Below, in pieces: positions 24,374 to 38,517 of a stretch of 64,000 nucleotides of DNA; the first letter of the stretch is position 1; every line of letters begins with the position of its first letter. The DNA comes from Octopus vulgaris (Eukaryota). The stretch is taken from assembly GCA_951406725.2 (NCBI GenBank), contig OX597818.1:75950001-76014000 (forward strand), read 5' to 3'. Under the pieces are notes generated by a model. That model searched no databases. It was not told the DNA's origin and saw nothing but the letters and a program-made list of their open reading frames with translations. The translations under genes were made by a program, and so were the position numbers.

Positions 24374-24670
24374 AGGGCGGCGAGCTGGCAGAATCGTTAG
24401 GATGCTGGGCGAAATGTTTAGCGGTATTTCGTCTGAGTTAAGGCGGCGAGCTGGCAGAAACGTTAGCACGCCGGGCGAAATTCTTTGCGGTATTTCGTCT
24501 ACCGTTACGTTCTGAGTTCAAATTCCGCCGAGGTCGACTTTGCCTTTCATCCTTTCGGGGTAGATTAAATAAGTACCAGTTACGCACTGGAGTCGATATA
24601 ATCGACTTAATCCCTTTGTCCTTGTTTGTCCTCTCTGTTTAGCCCCTTGTGGGTAGTAAAGAAATAGGTA
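24374..24670 (+). mobile_element. tRNA-derived SINE (Meta-domain-like) with duplicated head
   Basis: GGCGGCGAGCTGGCAGAA head twice; B-box GAGTTCAAATTCC; GCCTTTCATCC...AAGTACCAG central domain. Other copies at 32455, 40390, 52105 and 56190. Confidence 0.8.
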
Positions 24671-24702
24671 TTTTGTCTGAGTTCAAATTCCGCCGAAGTC
24701 GA

Positions 24703-25123
24703 AATGAAATTATTGTATACAGTGCTCAGGTGCACCACAACTTGTCAGAAAGTGCATATAAAGTGTATGCAGTAATGTACAAATGTCTGGAAAGCGAACA
24801 ATGTATGAGTCAGATACATGCTTGTGTGTGTATGGAGGGGAGAAAATCAGGTGTAGTAGTGTTGGCGAATCTCAGAAAGCATGGAAGTTTTGAAGAATGC
24901 AGTGCTCCGACAACTAACAACTGATGCTGGCAGTTTGTTCCATGCTTCAGCGTGAAAAAATGTTTCCTAAAGTCATGGAAGCTGTGCTGTTTTCTGACTT
25001 TGTAAATATGTCCACGGGTGTTAGACGGGTGGAGTTTGAAACGGTGCTCAGAGTTATTGTTTGTAAGATGGTTAATAATTGTATGGGTGTCTGCCAAGTC
25101 AGCTGCCAGACGTCGGAGTTTCA
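24703..25123 (-). mobile_element. CR1/L2-group LINE 3' fragment inserted in a SINE
   Basis: MKLRRLAADL...TRGHIYKV...RKHFF; nearly identical to 18350-18785; flanked by the two halves of a SINE. Confidence 0.85.
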
Positions 25124-25435
25124 TTGTCTTTCATCCTTTCGGGGTCGATTAAATAAGTACCAGTTACGCACTGAGTCGATGTAATCGACTTAATCCCTAT
25201 GTTTAGCCCCTTGTGGGCAATAAAGAAATAAATATTTTATTTCCCATAAACACATTTTATGGAATGATAATGCCAAAGTAATACACGCGTAGTCTATTGC
25301 TGCGATATATGCAAAGAAAAAGAAATAGTTATTTAAATTTTTACTCGCACCCCAACCGAGCGAGGCCGTGTATGTGTGTTTAAGAAAAAAACATTTTCTA
25401 ACAGAAAATTATGCTATTAAAATAAATTATATTTT

Positions 25436-25535
25436 ACATACTCCTTATTAAAATACTCTGGATAAATCCTAGCAATAATCTTCTCAGGCTCTCCAATATT
25501 ATAGAATTATATAAACAGAAACATCCGGAAGCAAA
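25436..25535 (-). promoter_or_regulatory. Candidate TSNAX non-coding first exon/promoter
   Basis: Minus-strand donor GGA|GTATGT at 25442/25441 and an ETS-type CCGGAAG at 25525-25531 in non-repetitive sequence upstream of the 23545 acceptor. Motif inference only. Confidence 0.35.
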
Positions 25536-26349
25536 TTTTCAAATTTTCCTTTTTTTTATAGCATAAATGTTTATGGAGTAAAATAATGAAAAAAATCAAT
25601 ACATATTTGAGTTAGACAAAAACGAGGGTGGTCTTGCGATGTGCTAGAAACAATAGTCAAATCTTCCTTAAATCACCTTTTCCTCGCCCCCTTCCAAAAT
25701 CTTTTGCCAAAAAATTTCTTTGTAATCGTAATCTACACCGTTTGAAAGGTATTTCTATAAAATTTCATTAAAAAAATACCCATTTTCCTGAAAATATGAG
25801 GTGGGGATCTGTTCCATCTCATGCACGGATTTTTTTAATTAATTTTTTTTAACACCCGGAAACGTCGGATACTGGTAGAATGTGTCACGTAGAACAGAGT
25901 TTACTCTTAACATTTTTGACAAAATTTTGTATTTTAAAAGTTATTTCGTGTTAAAGTTGTCGTATTTGGGTATTTTTATAGCAACATATATGAGAATGTG
26001 TCCATCCATCCATCTAATCTATATGTCTATCTATCTATCTACTCACACACACACATTAATAATAGGCAGAAGTTACAGAGGGACAATGGCCAAATTCGTG
26101 TTTGATAAGTGCCAATACACGAAACTCAACTTTTGACTTACTCTCTAACTTCTGCAGTTGATATATCTACATATATATATGTGTTAAAAAAATCTCATCA
26201 CGTAACCGAACCAAAAGAAGAGCCTCTACCTGGCCGCTCGACATGCTAAAAATAGCAGCCAAAGTATCCTCCTACCTAAATCACATGCCCATTGTACGAA
26301 ATGTCCTAGATTATCCCTAAAAAGACCCTGACCCTAACTCACCCTAACT

Positions 26350-26832
26350 CTAAATCAAAAATAGATTGAAATGCAATAGATCGATACTAGGGTTATAATT
26401 ATGGGTGACATTTTCATTTGACACCGCTAGAAAAAAATCCCATTTTCCGTAACGGTGTCGTATGAAATTGTCACCCATGATTATAACCCTAGTATCGATC
26501 TATTGCATTTCAATCTATTTTAGATTTAGGGTTAGGGGTGGGGGAAGGGTATCTTTTTTTCTTCGCAAATGTAAATAAACCCAATCTGTTTCTTAAACGA
26601 GGGACATATTCATACAGCACGGAATGTTGTTTACCTAAATAGAGGCCAGCGATTGGTTAAAATTGCCGAAATGCTTGAAATTAAAGTGGAAATATGTTAC
26701 AACATATAGAATTTTCTCAATAAAGCCAAGAAAAAATGGTTTTATAAACACATTCTACCAGTATACGAAGTTTAAAAGTGTTTAGTTAACTAGAAATTGT
26801 GTTGACATGTACCGTTCAAAGGGAAAAGATCC
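26350..26832. mobile_element. Rearranged non-autonomous DNA element with internal ~75-bp inverted duplication
   Basis: AATAGATTGAAATGCAATAGATCGATACTAGGGTTATA...GACACCG mirrored at ~26452-26522; TAACCC-like motifs; right end TTCAAAGGGAAAAGATCC resembles 30715-30731. Confidence 0.55.
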
Positions 26833-28269
26833 AAGACGGTTTCTGAAGGCTGGAATGTCTTTGATAATAGGTTTGCTGTATCAATTGGTTACACATCATA
26901 AGGGTCAATAGAACTTATTGAAGCAAGTTAACATGCTTGTGACATCATTGTGGGCAATGGTGAGGTTAAGGTGTCAGGACAGCGAAGCATCCTCACATGC
27001 ATCACGTAACATCTTGGTAAGGCAAACCGCTAATGATGACAAGAATTTCACTTGTCAGTAGCCCAGCACCTTCGAAGATCTCAAATGTCACAGGCTGGAA
27101 GAAATGGTTCAGCAACAAGTCCTGTTACTTTAGGACAGTATTTCTCAACTATTTTTTGCCTATGTACTCCTTTGTTTGCCCTTTTACTCAGGTGGACCCT
27201 TATGGCCACTCAATGTTTAAAAAAATCCTATTATATTTTTATAATTACATATTAGGAATTGTATAAAAAAGAACTGTGTAAATATTTTAAGTAGTGTAGA
27301 TGTATAACCAATTTATTGTGGATAAATTTTAACAACAAAATTTTGTTTGGACTCCCAAAGGCTATGTGGATCCTGGTTGATAACCACTGATTTAAGATTT
27401 TGTTACATTTAGCCACCCTCCCATTTATGGCAGCATCCTGGAGCATTACATTTGAAAGAATTGTATGAGTGCCTAAGAGTTGAAGCTGAATGTTCGCTTT
27501 GTTATATTTTGTGCAAAAAGAAAAGGCAATTTTGTGGTTATCAAACAATGCCTGTTTATGTATTACAAAATGATTGTAAGGTTTAATTTTTAAAAAAATA
27601 ATTTTGCAATTGTTCATGAATATGAACAAAAGTGTTACTAGCACTAAGAAGCATTGTTCCAAATAAGCTGTCTGTCAATGGGTCTATGGAAGCAAAAGAT
27701 ATATATGTGGGAACAAACTCAACATTGTGAAATATCTAATTACACTGTGTAACACGATTTTTGTCCTTAAATTGCAACTGTTATTTCCTGTTTGCTTTCT
27801 AGAAAGCTTGAAAAATGGCTAATATTTCCTTCAAACTTTGCTTTTGTTACATTTATTCTTAACCCCCAAAGAATCCCTCCTAGCACATGGCTATGATGCT
27901 TCCCTACTACTCTTGCTCATAATCAGAGATGCACATATTGTCAGCCACAAAAAGACATGCTCAAATGGTTAATTAAGATCGTGCAACTGACAAGCAAATC
28001 TGTGGTATTGAGCAGAATATTTGCTATAATGATATTTTTGCTTCAGCAATTCAATGCTGAATATGTTAGAAATATAATGGAAAATAAGTCAGTTTCAAAA
28101 CATTGATGTCTAGATGACAAAAGCAAACTTTGAAAGGAATAGCAGGCATTCCATTTGATTTCAAGACAGAAGCAAATAAGAAATAACGCTTACTGACCAA
28201 ATACAGACAAAAAATTAAAATTTTGTTACACATTGTTATTACTACAGCGCATACAACCATCCACTCCAC

Positions 28270-28640
28270 TGGGCAGTCCTCTCGTCTCCCAAGGATCATG
28301 CTCTATTGAGAACTTGCAATTGAAACAAGACCCAGAGAAGTCTGAAATTCTGTTTTAAAGACCAGCTCAAATGGACTTTGGCTCAAGCAAACATCCAGCC
28401 ATCCTCATGGGAACAGAATGCCATGGATAGGACAGCCTGAAGGACTGCTATCTGCAATGGAGCCAGCTACTTCGAGCAGAACAGACAACAAAATGAAGAG
28501 GCAAAATGCAGGAGAAGAAAAGAATATCTTCAACATCCTTGACCTGCACAGACCATCCTGTGCTAGTTCTGCCCACAGCTCTTTCACCACCGACTTGGAC
28601 TCCAAAGTCACTTTTGACACAAACGTCAGCCAAGGAGACT
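28270..28640 (+). mobile_element. Degraded LINE (RTE-like) extreme 3' fragment
   Basis: CGTCTCCCAAGGATCATGCTCTAT reads RLPRIMLY, followed by a decayed basic helix and zinc-finger-like tail. Confidence 0.4.
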
Positions 28641-31600
28641 GGATGGAAACTGACAAACACAATGCTCGGATACGAGCTGGAGCTGACTATAGTGCAATAC
28701 AACTCCTCTTTATAGGAAATGCTTTGTATGTTTTTGTTTCATCCATGTTCTCACAGTTAATCCTTTTGATACCAACCTGTCAAAGTCTACTAGTTCTATT
28801 ATATTCATGTTTTGAAATAAACTAACTAAAATCTTTCCATCAAAATTTTATAATTTATGTTTCAAATACTACTTAATCATGATAATACTAAAACTCTAGG
28901 GATGTTTGAAATATCTCAGAAATAGTATATTTTATCTTAATTTTTTTTTTACATATTTATTTTCATACTTGCCTTCGGCAGTGCAGTACAAATTTTGGCG
29001 ATCTTTCGTCTCTAGTAGACCTTTCCGTCGATTTCCGTAAAAAACTTTTTTTTTTTACATATGGGCTTGCGGGAACTTTTGAAGTAATGAGAGCGAAAGA
29101 GACTAAGAGAAAGCGATTGTATGACGAGGGAAATTCTTTTGAAGTTACCGTGCATGGGAAGCATTGATGTACATGTGTGTATGTGTTTGATGGGGTGTGG
29201 GAGACAGACAGTATGTTGTGTAAGTGAACTGTCAGAATTGTCCCTTCGTCTCAAAACAACACAAATCACTGTACCGACTAGACTGTCGGATGTTGCTACA
29301 TATCGCTGGTCACAATGCGCTTCCTCGCATTGTTGTAGCTTCTGAGTGATGCCACCCTGAGGCTAGACGGGTAGGGTTGTCCATTTAAAACTGTGTCGAT
29401 CGTAGTAACGTGAAACGAAGTCTTTTGCTCAAAGCCTTTTCCTTTGCATGCAACTCTTTTCTCATGAGAAGAATATCTCCTCATTTTATAACTCTCCCGT
29501 CTTTTTCTTACCATTTCACCATCGTCACATCAACAGAGACATTAAGGCTGCACAGTAGCAGTCGACAAGGCATGTATGCCCAAAGTTTTGTAACATTTGA
29601 ACTTCTATTTAAACAATTAAACAATTTTTGTTGTTTCTTGATGAAAAAATACATGGCTCACATGACTCAACACACATACACGAATACAGAATACACACAC
29701 ATATAATGAATGTCTTGGCATGTATACACAAACACACGTTCGCTATCTGTCACATATAGACATACTTTGTCTTCGAGCTCTCTAAGAAAAAAGACCGTTG
29801 ACATTTTGACGCACGCAATATTTTAATCATTTGTATTTCGTCTGTCTATGTTCTGAGTTCAAACTCCGCCAAAGTCGAAAACAAAATTGTAATTCGTAAC
29901 TTAAACGTAGTTTAATTTTAAGAATTTTAACCAATGAAATCGCAGCATTCGAGCTCAAATTATTTACCTCTTCTTCTGTCTTCTACATGTGCTAGAAATA
30001 ACAGCTATATCTCTTAAGTCGTTTAATTTCGTCGCCCAATAAAAATATTAACGATATTTTTTGAATATTTTCTTTATTTTTTTTTTACCGAAAAGGCTTC
30101 TCCCATGGTTTTGAAGGGCCAGAAACAACAAAAACAAAACAATAATATGCCTAAATCGGTCTCGAGTTTGCGCGTAGAGTGTTAGTAGTATTGTAAAAAT
30201 TTGCGAGATATTTTTTCATAAAAGGATGTCCCCAGCTTGTCGGAAGCTGTGATATAAATTGGGAAAAAAATCCTCGGCACCAGTGCGTAATTGGTACTTA
30301 ATTTATCAACCCTGAAACGATGAAACATTGACCCCACCCCACCTTCTGTGCAAATTTGTTGCGGCAAGTGGCAAAACATGAACGTGTATTTTTGCTTGTG
30401 TGTGTATGTATATGTCCGTTTGTATGTGTGTGTACGCTTATATATTAATTACTATGTGCTTGTGCAAATGTGTGTGTGTCGTGCGTCTGCTATATTTCTT
30501 TATCAATATCGATAACGCAGCAATGTTGGGATTTCATTGGTTAAAATTCGAAGATGTTGGGATTTCATTGGTTAAAATTCGTAAAAATTAAACTACGTTT
30601 AAGTTACAAATTACAATTTTGTTTTCAATTTTGTTTACAATAATGTTTTCTTTTGACACATTCTACCAGTGTACGAAGTTTCAAATTTTTTAGTTAACTA
30701 GGAAAATCTGGCCTTCAAAAAGAAAGGATCCGAATATTTTAATCATTTAGAGATATTTTAAACTGAATATGATTTCATCATCTGGACTTCGTTAATTTCC
30801 GTAAAATGTTTTTATTTATTTACTTTTGTTTTAAACTGGAAGATGTATGTACGTGTATATGAAATGGATATGTGTGTATGTGAAAGACACACACATACAC
30901 ACACAGAGACAGAGTGAATGAAGGTGTGTGTTGTCATGTATAGGTACATGCATCAATACATATGCATACATTTTTTGTATGTACGTGGGCATGTGTGTGT
31001 GAGAGAGAATGTGTGTGTGTGTGAGTGAGCATGTGTGTTCTCGTGTGTGTGTAAGTGGCACACACACTATCTCTTTCACACACACATACATTATTCACTT
31101 TCTCCTCTCTTTCACTTTAAAACAAAAGTAACAGGTGATTTTCAGGATTAAAATTGTTTAAAAAAGGCTCATGTATATTGATTACTATTGTTTGAATAGT
31201 TCCAATTAAATTAGTCCAGAAATTAAGTTAAATATATATATACATGCTTAAGTACTGTTAATTCCCATTCTATACACTGGCAAATAATTCCGTGAATGCT
31301 TTATCAGGCAAAGCTGGGTAGTAAGTCTAGTAATGACTACTAAATTTTTCATTATTTTCCAAATTAATCAAAACAACAACATATTTCAACAGAAATCTGA
31401 CAATAAAGAGGTTTATAATAACAAAGTTATTTTACTAAATTCTTCATTATTTTCAAAATCAATTAAATGAAAACCAGTATATTTCAACAAAAATATTGAA
31501 CAATTGATTTTCAGGGAATGCTATTCTACAAAATAGAAGTGCCATGTCTAATTGTGGAGGGAACCTGTGGAAAGGATAGATCCAGGAAGACACACCAAGG

Positions 31601-34404
31601 CGTCCAGGCTACCAATGTCCAGAGATGAAATATTTATTCAAGTGAAATAAATTATTATTGTTATTTGTTCAGAGATTCTTGTTTCTGCTATTTTCCTTTC
31701 CACGACTATGTAAGGAATTGTGAGGCACCCATCCAGTGCCAACCTCACTACATAGAAATCCTTTAGGTGGGTTGTACCTGTAATTCAAGAGGTACAGCCT
31801 TGCCACACACTATGTCACACAGATTCTGTTTGAGAATTAGATTAGGGGTATATATGCTTTTGAAATACTCAGCCACTTGTATGTTAAATGAGGAGCAGGT
31901 AATTCAGTTGATCAAATAACTGAATCTTTCTCATCAAACGACAAAGATCTATCACCTGTATATTTAACACAGACTGCACTAGACTGCAGTCTCTTTTGGC
32001 TTGGTTTCTATATCTGGATGCCTTTCCTAACACCAACTACTCCACAGAGTGTACTGGGTGTCTTTTACGTGTCACTGGCATGGGTGCCTTTTACATGTCA
32101 CCAGTATGGGTGCCCTTCATGTGTTGCCAGCACTGGCTAAGAGTTGTCAAGCAGTGGTGGCAGACAAATGTAAACATGAAGACACACATACACATCAATA
32201 TACATATATATGACAGGCTTCTTTCAGTTTCCATCTACCAAATTCACTCAAAAGGCTTTGGTTTATGCTGAGCTATAGCAGAGGACACTTGCCTAAGGTG
32301 TCATGCAGTGGGATCAAACCAAGAAGCATGTTGTTGGGAAACACACTTGTTACTACAAAGCATGCCTACATCTAAGTATTTTGTTTTTTAATTTAGGGTA
32401 TTTTAAAAGTTTTCATTATTAAAGGTATGAGTCCCATTAAAAATCATAGATTATAAGGTGTGAACTGGCAGAATCATCAGCATGCTGGGCAAGATGTTTA
32501 GCTACATTTCTTCCATCTTCACATTCTGAGTTCAAATTCTGCTGAGGTCGACTTTGCCTTCCATCCTTTTGGAGTCAATAAAAGGAGTACCAGTTAAACA
32601 TTGGGGGTGATGTAATTGACTTACTCCACCCAAGAGGAGTGATTTAAAAAAATTTCATGCTACAATTTCTAATGGGCTGAGAGAGCACATAGAAGTTCTC
32701 TTGTTGGTTTGATAAGATCCCTGCAGTAGGCCATGTTATTATAATGGATATTAGATTAGAAAATAGGTTGAACAGTTAATTGATTAATTTGATTATAGTG
32801 TAATAATATAATGTTCTGCTAAATGTTTGTGGGTGTCATTCAGTTACTTTTTCACACAGCCCAAGAAGCACATTTTCATTGATCAACTCAACCAGTGATC
32901 ACCGAAGACCAGCCAACAAACACGCTCGGGACACTTAATTAATCCATTTTTGCTGACAATGTATCAGAGTTTTATAATTCCGCTTCTGTACAAACGATAT
33001 AAACTGAGTTGGCTTAGTTCTCACCTGTTCAGTATCAACAGTTCTTATCTCAGCTATAATCTGGCAATTATTCTGTCTATTTATCACCTGCACAAAATAA
33101 GCATTTCTACTCTATATTTCATATACACACATGCGTGCGTGCATGCACACACACACACATGCATGCTTGCACACACACACAGTCCTTATCTCTATTTACA
33201 TTTACATTGATCTATTTCCCTCTCCCCTCACTCTTATCTCCTTGTTTTTCCCATTCTACCTTTATTTACACCTCTTCATTTATATCTACATTGACCTCTC
33301 TTTATCAACATTGATCCCTCTCTCTCTTCATTTCTACTTATATCAATGTTTCTCTGCTTCTCTCATCTCCATATTTTCTCCCTTACTGTCTCTGTATATC
33401 CATTTGCATCAATCTCTCTCTCTCTCACTTTCTTTGCTTTTCTTGACTGCCTCTACATCTCACTCTCCCTTATCTACGTTTCTCTCTCTTTTTCTCCATC
33501 TCCATTTACATTTTTTTATCTCTTCTCTTTCTGCTTTTCTTGACTGTTTTTACATCCTCATCTCTCTCACCTCTGTCTGTCTGTCTCTCTAAATATCTTT
33601 CTTAACTTCTTGCCTCCTCTTCCTCCCTATTTCAGCAACATGAACCTTAGCGAGGCAAATTACACCAAAGACAGAATTGCCTTTAAAGTCTAAGGTAACA
33701 GGAAGTCTGAGGAAACAAAAGCAATGCTCCTTGCATGGAACTTAGCAGAAGGATCATCACCAAACAATTTAATTTCAGAAACCCTGAACAGAGTTGTTTC
33801 TCACAGGACAATGGCTCAGAAAGGAACTTGAAGCAGTTCAGCAATGCTACACAAGAAAGATTGCATCAATGGAACAGCTAAACTACTAGGAAAGTCTGAA
33901 AGAATTGTGACTCTACTTCCTGGAGTGAAGATAGGAGAGTTATATTGTGATATACATATAGAAGATCCTAGAGGGGTTACTATCAAACTTTGGCTTTGAG
34001 AGTCACACCAGTCCTTGAATTGGATGTCAATGTATTGTTCCAAAGGTCATGCCCATCCTGTCTAGAGTGATGTCCAGATGAACCTACATCACTGCAAGAA
34101 GCTCAAAAGAAGGCATCAGTAACAAATTCCCTCCTTCACAAGAAACCGATCACAATAAAATGGCCAATGGCAAGGTGATACTACAGGCAATGCTCCTGCA
34201 ACAATCACAGCTTTTAGGCTGAAATACATAAATGAATAATAGAATATGATGCTGTGTGGTAAGAAGTTTGCTTCCCAACACATGATTTCTGTTTCAGTTC
34301 CACTGCATGACACTCTAGGTGAGTCAAGTGTCTTCTGCTATAGTCCTGGAGCAACCAAAACCTTGTGAGTGGATCCAGTAGATGGAAACTGAAAATTCAT
34401 TGTG

Positions 34405-34833
34405 TATGTTAGTTAGTTAGTTAGTTAATTTGGCTCAAAAGCAAATAGCAAGGCCATATAGGGGGACATGGAGTTAAGTACAGGGTGGTGTTCATGTAAA
34501 GAGTTCAGGCCACTTGAGGTCCAGGGAGGCTTTGAACAAAGCGGTCGTCGGCATCTTCAGCATCTCGTCTGGCAGCTTGTTCCACGGATCCGCAACCCGG
34601 ACGGAGAAAGCTCCTCTCCTTCGATTGAAATGAAATCGTCGCAGGTAGAGCTTTTCGGAATGACCCCGCAGCTGATGCTCCGGAGCAGGAGTGAAGAACA
34701 GCTCTTTCGAGAGGTTACACTTCCTGCTTATGATGTTGTGGGCGAGAATGAGATCACCACAGCGGTGGCGTTTTTCAAGAGAATAAAGGTCGAGCGTCCT
34801 CAGCCTTTCTTCGTAGGACAAATTTTTGAGACC
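34405..34833 (-). mobile_element. CR1-group LINE 3' fragment with (TAAC)n tail
   Basis: GLKNLSYEERLRTLDLYSLEKRHRCGDLI...LRGHSEKL...FSVRVADPWNKLP; (GTTA)n at 34407-34427. Confidence 0.85.
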
Positions 34834-34884
34834 ATGAATGTATGTATGTATGTATGTATGCATGTATGTATGCATGTGTGTGCA

Positions 34885-34928
<44 letters not shown>

Positions 34929-34932
34929 CACA

Positions 34933-34977
<45 letters not shown>

Positions 34978-34985
34978 ACACATAC

Positions 34986-35590
34986 AGGGTATTCAGGCTA
35001 AATTTGACAAGTTTTTGTGTCTCCTTTATCAGGAAGAATTTGATGTATTGTTAAATTGTCAACAGATCTGGAGAACATAAAGATTATAGATGTAGTTGAA
35101 GAAAAATTAACTGACATGGAGGACTGGAAGTCATTTGAATATTGAAAATGAATTATCTATATCAATATGATACACACTTGGTATTGAAATGCTGAAATTA
35201 TGACCTCTGCCCAATGCTCTGTGAACATTGTAAAGGCTGTAAAATTTGACATGGACAACTGCAACACACACTACGAAGCCATAGCCAAAAGAAAGGACAC
35301 AATAGGTGTTCTGACTGTGTCCGCAACCCCAAATGCAGCCTCACATCTCTGAACAGGGCTTTAAGCTTAATTCAGAGATGGCTATGAGAAGCTACTGGAG
35401 ACTGTGTTCTATCCCTTACAGGAGAGGGTAGCTGCTGGAAGGCTATATATGTGTCAGCAGGATTTGGCTTGTTGCCATACCTCCAGAAAGAATCAGAAGT
35501 GTTTGTCAGAGAATTTCTATGACATCACTAGCTCCAATTTCTGGCCTCCTAATTCCCTCAATTGTAATCCACTGGATTAATATATGCAGG
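34986..35590 (+). mobile_element. Mariner/maT-like transposase remnant
   Basis: TA-CAGGGT terminus near 34984; QQDLACCHTSRKNQKCLSENFYDITSSNFWPPNS...NPLD (WPPxSPDxNPLD-type motif). Confidence 0.65.
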
Positions 35591-36094
35591 AATTGTCTGA
35601 AAAATGTTGACTGAGAATTCTTAAGACTCATCAGTTTTGACAATTTTGGTTGCTTTATCAGTTAAGCCTGCTTAGCGTTCGGCTTTTCCCAGACCTGTTT
35701 CTCTATTAATATTTATGCTTTTGTCATCCAAATTAATGGATGATTTAGCAATTCGCAAATGTGTATACACAAAATTAATATAAACAGCAGGTTGCAATGT
35801 TTCCTCAAAAAGGAGAATTATAATTATCATTAAATGGATGTTAAAAAACATTTATATTATTAGAAATAAGAGCTAAAATGCTCTAATGCTGTAGTTAACA
35901 CACATGAATGAAAACATATACATTAGCAGGAACCATAATTGTCTGAAAAATGCTGACTGAGAATTCTATAGACTGATGTTAGTTTCAGCAATTTTTGTTG
36001 CCTCATAGAGCATTTTAGCTCTAATATAAGAATATATATGTACATATATATATGAAGGCATGTGGCTTAGTGGTTAGGATATTTGATTCATGTA

Positions 36095-36770
36095 CCCCTA
36101 CATTTTGTACATTTCGTATTTGTAATCTTGTGGAAAAGTTCAGAAAGTAGCACACAATGTCAGCTCAGAAACGCAAGCAGACTGAGTTTACGCTGAAGGA
36201 AAAGAAGGAGATTATCGATGCTGCGAAAAACGTTATTGTCGGGCCCCTCGTATCATTAGTAATATCTGATACAAGTTACCGCCCCTTGTATTGTCCGACA
36301 TGTTTCACTCTAGAAGAAATAGCAAAGGAGGTAATGCATAACGAAGAGCCGGTGGAAAGTGAAGACAACGAGGTAATTGTGGAAGAGGAATACGTTTTGT
36401 TTGCAGATGCCCAGAGAGCATGGAGCACTATCCGAAAGATTATGCAGCAGCAGAGCAGCGGAAAACCCAGCATCATGCAGGCGTGTGATAGGCTAGACAA
36501 CGAAATGAATGAAATCCGCCGAAAGAAGATGCGTCAGCCGACAATTTTTGAGAGCTTCGGGATTAACTAAAAGCAATCTGAACTTAATAAACTTGGATGT
36601 CTTCTTTTTACCATTGCATTGAACTTCTTATTGGCCTTACTTCCTACACTATGAATTTTTATTCATATGTTCAGTAAATTTTTGGTTATGTAGTGTTTAG
36701 ATAACAGACCCTCGGTACTATGCCACTTTGGCTCAGTCCCGCAGGGTGGCATAGTAGCGAGAGTTGACTG
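36095..36770 (+). mobile_element. pogo/Tigger-like element, internal deletion derivative
   Basis: ORF 36157-36570 joins a CENP-B-type HTH start (KRKQTEFTLKEKKEII) to a Tigger-type C-terminus (acidic stretch, QPTIFESF). Right TIR ...GAGAGTTGACTG-TA at 36770. Confidence 0.75.
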
Positions 36771-37399
36771 TAATTGATTAATATCAATTTCTACCCTCAT
36801 TATTTAATTTCTATATATATCAGTGTATATATATTTCATGCTTCTTACAGCATTAGGAGTTTTTAACTCTTACTTCTTTCAATATAGATGCTTTACAATC
36901 TGTGACAATTAAATTTTTTGTTTATGTTATTATATTGTGCCTAGTTGTTTATATTAATATATATATATATAAATTAACAGAATGAGATAAAAATCCAAGG
37001 CAGTGAAAGGTTTCAGAACATTTATAAATAGAATGTCTTACAGCTGTTTCCGGGATATTTTAACTATTTTAAACTATAGTCTGTCCATAGCACTTTCTCA
37101 GCATTACCTGACACTTTTGGGTCTTCTTGACACCATTACCTCTCATAACCTATATAGTATATATATAATGATTGCTTCATCTTGATAGCTGTCCTATCAA
37201 CACACACACTACACCCCATCACACAGCACAATCACTCCGTTGATGGGCCCTCAAATGACTTTTAAGACCAACTGCTGACAGGGTTTAACACACAAGTGAC
37301 ATATTATTCATGTTTCTTCTATATCTTTGTCCTTTGGAATCTGATTCTGAAGGAATGTTTTTGTGAACTAGCATGTCTTTTAAGTTCAGATATTGTCTT

Positions 37400-38460
37400 A
37401 CAACTTTTGTGACATATGACACAAGTTGTAAGAAGCAGTTGATGTCCAAGATTATTACCTATCTGGGCATTTCGATTTTCATGTGACTTCATGAGTCATG
37501 TATCCTGCTTTTGACAACAAAACATGATACATTTTCACTGTTCACTGTTGATTACAGTTCCAATTGTTCCTTTGCAACAGGCCCTTTTAAGCTTGGAGTG
37601 CTGAATCATTTTTTCCTCCCAGGCATTGCAATCAGTCCTAACAGCACCTCTCCACTTGTTCTGATCTAGAACATCAAGTTCCCAATCACTATTGCTCATA
37701 TCTAGTTTCTTCAGGTTTTCCTTCACACAGTCTTTATACCTTTTGTTTACCAGAATTGAGCTCACCATAAAAAAAGATGCTTTGGTAATCGCTTATCTTT
37801 CTTTCTAATAACATGTCCAGCACATCTCATTTGAGCTAAGATAATATGTTGTTCAATTGAGCTACAACGTGCCATGCACAAAACCTCTGTATCTGGCATG
37901 AAACATTCCCACTTGACTCCCAAGATATGTCTGAGGCACTTTTGATGAAATCTCTCCAGCATTTTTATATGACACTTGTAAGTGGTCCATGTCTCACTCG
38001 AATAAAGATGTGCAGTCAATACACATATTTTATAGACACTGATTTTTATCTCCAGGGAAATACCTCTATCCACCCATACTTGCTTTTTAAGCTTTCCAAA
38101 TGCAATACTTCCCTTCTCTATTCGATAGTATTTCTAGCATCAAGACTACCATCTCTTGACATGGTGCTTCCAAGATAAACAAAGGTGTCAACAACTTCTA
38201 ACCTTGTTCCATTCACAAAAATGTTTGGTTCAGGATATGTTTGTCCTGACACAGGAGTAAACATTACTTTGGCTTTCGCCAGACTAATTGTGAGTCCAAA
38301 ATGTACACATGCAGTGGAAAATCTGTCCATTAAATGTTGCATATCCCCTTCTGCATGTGCCAACAAATCAGCATCATCAGCATAAAGTAATACTCTAACA
38401 AATATTTTGTAAGTCTTTGTTTTACAGTTAAACTGGGTCAAATTAAAAATGCGACCAGCT
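37400..38460 (-). mobile_element. RTE/BovB-like LINE 3' fragment
   Basis: LLYADDADL, FVYLGS, LYSSETW, LERFHQKCLRHIL, RYKDCVKENLK. Confidence 0.85.
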
Positions 38461-38473
38461 GCTCTACATCACT

Positions 38474-38513
<40 letters not shown>

Positions 38514-38517
38514 TACA

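Noticed and set aside
35593-35640. Minus-strand CTGATGA-GTCT...AGAC stem
   Set aside because: Followed by AATT, not GAAA, and the second copy at ~35940 lacks the core.
37035-37050. GAAA-CAGCTG-TA half hammerhead on the minus strand
   Set aside because: No matching CUGANGA or stem I partner nearby; counted only as a half-site.
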